Assembly: GCA_963664015.2 (NCBI GenBank)
Contig: CAXXLF010000002.1
Coordinates: 864,001-928,000, forward strand
Direction: 5' to 3'
DNA from: Candidatus Binatia bacterium
GTDB taxonomy: Bacteria; Desulfobacterota; Binatia; UBA9968; CAXXLF01
DNA: 64,000 bases
Part shown: piece after piece, positions 61,862 to 64,000 of the stretch
How the letters are laid out: the number at the start of each line of letters is the position of its first letter
Numbering within the stretch: position 1 is the first letter of the stretch
Translations under genes and position numbers: made by a program
Notes under the pieces: model-generated
What the model was told of the DNA's origin: nothing
The model's input: the letters and a program-made list of their open reading frames with translations, nothing else
Databases searched by the model: none

Positions 61862-63010
61862 TCACCTATCCACGAGAGCAATCCGGCGATTGTACCAATT
61901 CATCAATAGCGATATGGTTAAGCTAATCCCAAGATATACAGCCATCGTTATGGCGATCACCTCAACGGCTTGACCCGTCTGGTTGAGCACAGTGCCCATA
62001 AACACCGATACCAGTTCTGGATAAGCAATGGCCACGGCGAGCGACGAGTTTTTGGTGAGATTCAGATACTGGCTGGTCAAGGGCGGAATAATAACCCGAA
62101 GGGCTTGAGGTACGATGATGAGTCGTACCGTCTGACCGGGTTTGAGACCAAGTGAATAGGCCGCTTCGGTTTGCCCCGCAGGCACCGACTGGATCCCCGC
62201 GCGGAAGATCTCCGCGATGAACGAAGCCGTATATACAGACAGGGCCAACAATAGGGCGATGAATTCAGGTATGATGACCAACCCTCCTGCGAAGTTGAAA
62301 CCTTGCAGCTTGGGGATTTTCCATGACAGGGGCGAACCGGTGGCCACGAAAGCCGTCAGGGGAAACCCAACCAGGATCACCAGAGAGACTGGGCCTGTAG
62401 GAAAAGGCCGGCCTGTAGCTTCGCGCCGGCGACGGGCCCAGCGACACATCAGGACGACCGCCACGACGCCAATCACTAAGACCCACAGGGCGACCCCGAA
62501 GCCGCTCTCCCAAATAGGCTTCGGTCCATAGATCCCTCGATTATTGAGGAAGAAAATCTCTCCCCATTGGAAAGCGTTACGTGGCGACGGCAAGGGGAGA
62601 AGGATGGCAAAGTACCAGAAGAAGAGCTGCAATAAGAGAGGGACGTTGCGAAACATCTCCACGTAGAGAGCCGCCAATCTCGCCAGCAGCCAGTTGCTGG
62701 ATAATCTTGCCAAGCCCACGAGAAGTCCAATGACGGTTGAGAGGATAATGCCCAATACGGAGACCAGAAGGGTATTGAGTAAGCCGACCAAAAAGGCGCG
62801 TCCATAGGTTGACTCTTCGGAATAATCGATGAGATACGTGATTATCCCGAATCCGGCCGTGGACCCCAGGAAATCAAATCCTGTGGCAATGCCTCTTCGT
62901 TCCAAATTGTTCAGTGTGTTGTTGATGAGGAAAATGCTAAAAGCAATGACACCGGCGAGAGCGAGCGCTTGAAAGAGCAGGGCACGGAAGCGACTATCGT
63001 TCCAGATCAC
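61862..63010 (-). CDS. aapQ: General L-amino acid ABC transporter permease
   Basis: GFDFL..TAGF, GLLNTLLVS, FRNVPLLLQ, GFNFAGG, AEIFRAGI. Confidence 0.92.
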   Translation of the reverse strand: MIWNDSRFRALLFQALALAGVIAFSIFLINNTLNNLERRGIATGFDFLGSTAGFGIITYLIDYSEESTYGRAFLVGLLNTLLVSVLGIILSTVIGLLVGLARLSSNWLLARLAALYVEMFRNVPLLLQLFFWYFAILLPLPSPRNAFQWGEIFFLNNRGIYGPKPIWESGFGVALWVLVIGVVAVVLMCRWARRRREATGRPFPTGPVSLVILVGFPLTAFVATGSPLSWKIPKLQGFNFAGGLVIIPEFIALLLALSVYTASFIAEIFRAGIQSVPAGQTEAAYSLGLKPGQTVRLIIVPQALRVIIPPLTSQYLNLTKNSSLAVAIAYPELVSVFMGTVLNQTGQAVEVIAITMAVYLGISLTISLLMNWYNRRIALVDR

Positions 63011-63085
63011 AGGTTGACCACAAAACAGATCAGACTCATGCCAGTGGAGCTCAAATCCGTTGCCACTGAACTGGCAGAGAACTCC

Positions 63086-64000
63086 CTAGCGCATGGGGGG
63101 AGCGTACAGGAGGCCGCCTTTATTCCACAGCTGGTTTAGCCCTCGTTCAAGCTTCAAAGGCGTGTCAGGACCCACGTTGCGGGCATAGACCTCACCGTAG
63201 TTCCCGACCTGCTTGATCAACCAATAGGCCCAATGATTAGTGAGTTCCAGTTTGGCTCCCAGATCACCTTCCACACCCAACAGTCGCCTGACCTGGGGGT
63301 CAGTGGATTTGGCCTTCATCGCATCCACATTGCGCGATGTCACTCCTTTTTCCTCTCCCGTAACCATGGCGTTTAACGTCCAGCGGACAACATCGCCCCA
63401 CCGGTTGTCCCCATGACGGACCGCGGGGCCCAAAGGTTCTTTTGAAATGATTTCGGGAAGCACCAGGTGATCGCCGGACCTGGCAAGCTTGATACGCACT
63501 GCGGCCAAACCCGAACGGTCAGTGGTAAACGCGTCGCAGCGGCCCGCATCGTAAGCCGCTACCGCCTCGTCCGTGTTGCCAAAGACCACCGGGCTGTATT
63601 TCATCTTGTTAGCACGAAAATAGTCTCCTAGATTTAGCTCGGTTGTCGTTCCCGTAATCACACACACGCTCGCGCCACTGAGTTCCAGAGCACTCTTAAC
63701 CTTTAGATTTTTCCGGACCATAAAACCCTGACCATCGTAAAAAATGACTCCGGCGAAGTCCAAGCCAAGGGCGCTGTCCCGGATAAGGGTCCAGGTCGTA
63801 TTGCTTGACAGGACATCAATTTCGCCCGACTGCAAGGCAGTAAAACGCTCCTTCGCAGAGACAGGCCTGAATTTGACTTTTTTAGCATCGCCAAAGATAG
63901 CCGCCGCAAGGGCACGGCATACATCGACATCGATGCCAACCCAACGGCCCTTGTCGTCGGGGTTGGAAAAACCGGGTAGCCCCGGATGGTGCACTCCGCA
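63086..64000 (-). CDS. aapJ: General L-amino acid ABC transporter substrate-binding protein; 5' end lies outside the window
   Basis: GIDVDVCRALAAA, RFTALQSGEID, FYDGQGFMV, ISKEPLGP, VGNYGE, GGLLYAPP. Confidence 0.93.
   Translation of the reverse strand, partial: CGVHHPGLPGFSNPDDKGRWVGIDVDVCRALAAAIFGDAKKVKFRPVSAKERFTALQSGEIDVLSSNTTWTLIRDSALGLDFAGVIFYDGQGFMVRKNLKVKSALELSGASVCVITGTTTELNLGDYFRANKMKYSPVVFGNTDEAVAAYDAGRCDAFTTDRSGLAAVRIKLARSGDHLVLPEIISKEPLGPAVRHGDNRWGDVVRWTLNAMVTGEEKGVTSRNVDAMKAKSTDPQVRRLLGVEGDLGAKLELTNHWAYWLIKQVGNYGEVYARNVGPDTPLKLERGLNQLWNKGGLLYAPPMR

Overview
Bacterial chromosomal window. Gene content (solitary TTT-type binding protein, orphan xanthine-dehydrogenase-family Mo subunits, amidohydrolase-2 and UbiD paralogs) resembles Candidatus Binatia / deltaproteobacteria-like genomes; this is inference only. 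Housekeeping genes are intact: pepF-like, surE, hslR, cinA, thiSGE behind a TPP riboswitch, holA, a dacA-like gene, menA and aapJQMP. They are interleaved with aromatic/heterocycle catabolism genes: hydroxycinnamoyl-CoA hydratase-lyase, an amidohydrolase-UbiD-gentisate-dioxygenase-like-deacetylase-UbiD cluster, three separate Mo-hydroxylase large subunits and one coxSMG-like module. About a dozen accessory genes are disrupted by stops, frameshifts or truncations. There is a tRNA-Thr(CGT) with an adjacent tyrosine-integrase remnant and two copies of a palindromic IS200/IS605- or REP-like miniature element. No CRISPR array or rRNA was seen. The best candidate for an undescribed system is at 13.8-17.0 kb: a motif-intact cytoplasmic GH84 (O-GlcNAcase-like) gene directly upstream of a SenB-type selenosugar synthase, with no senA or senC/selD in the window. 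This suggests a make-and-cleave Se(S)-GlcNAc module. All calls are from reading the sequence by eye; no searches were run.
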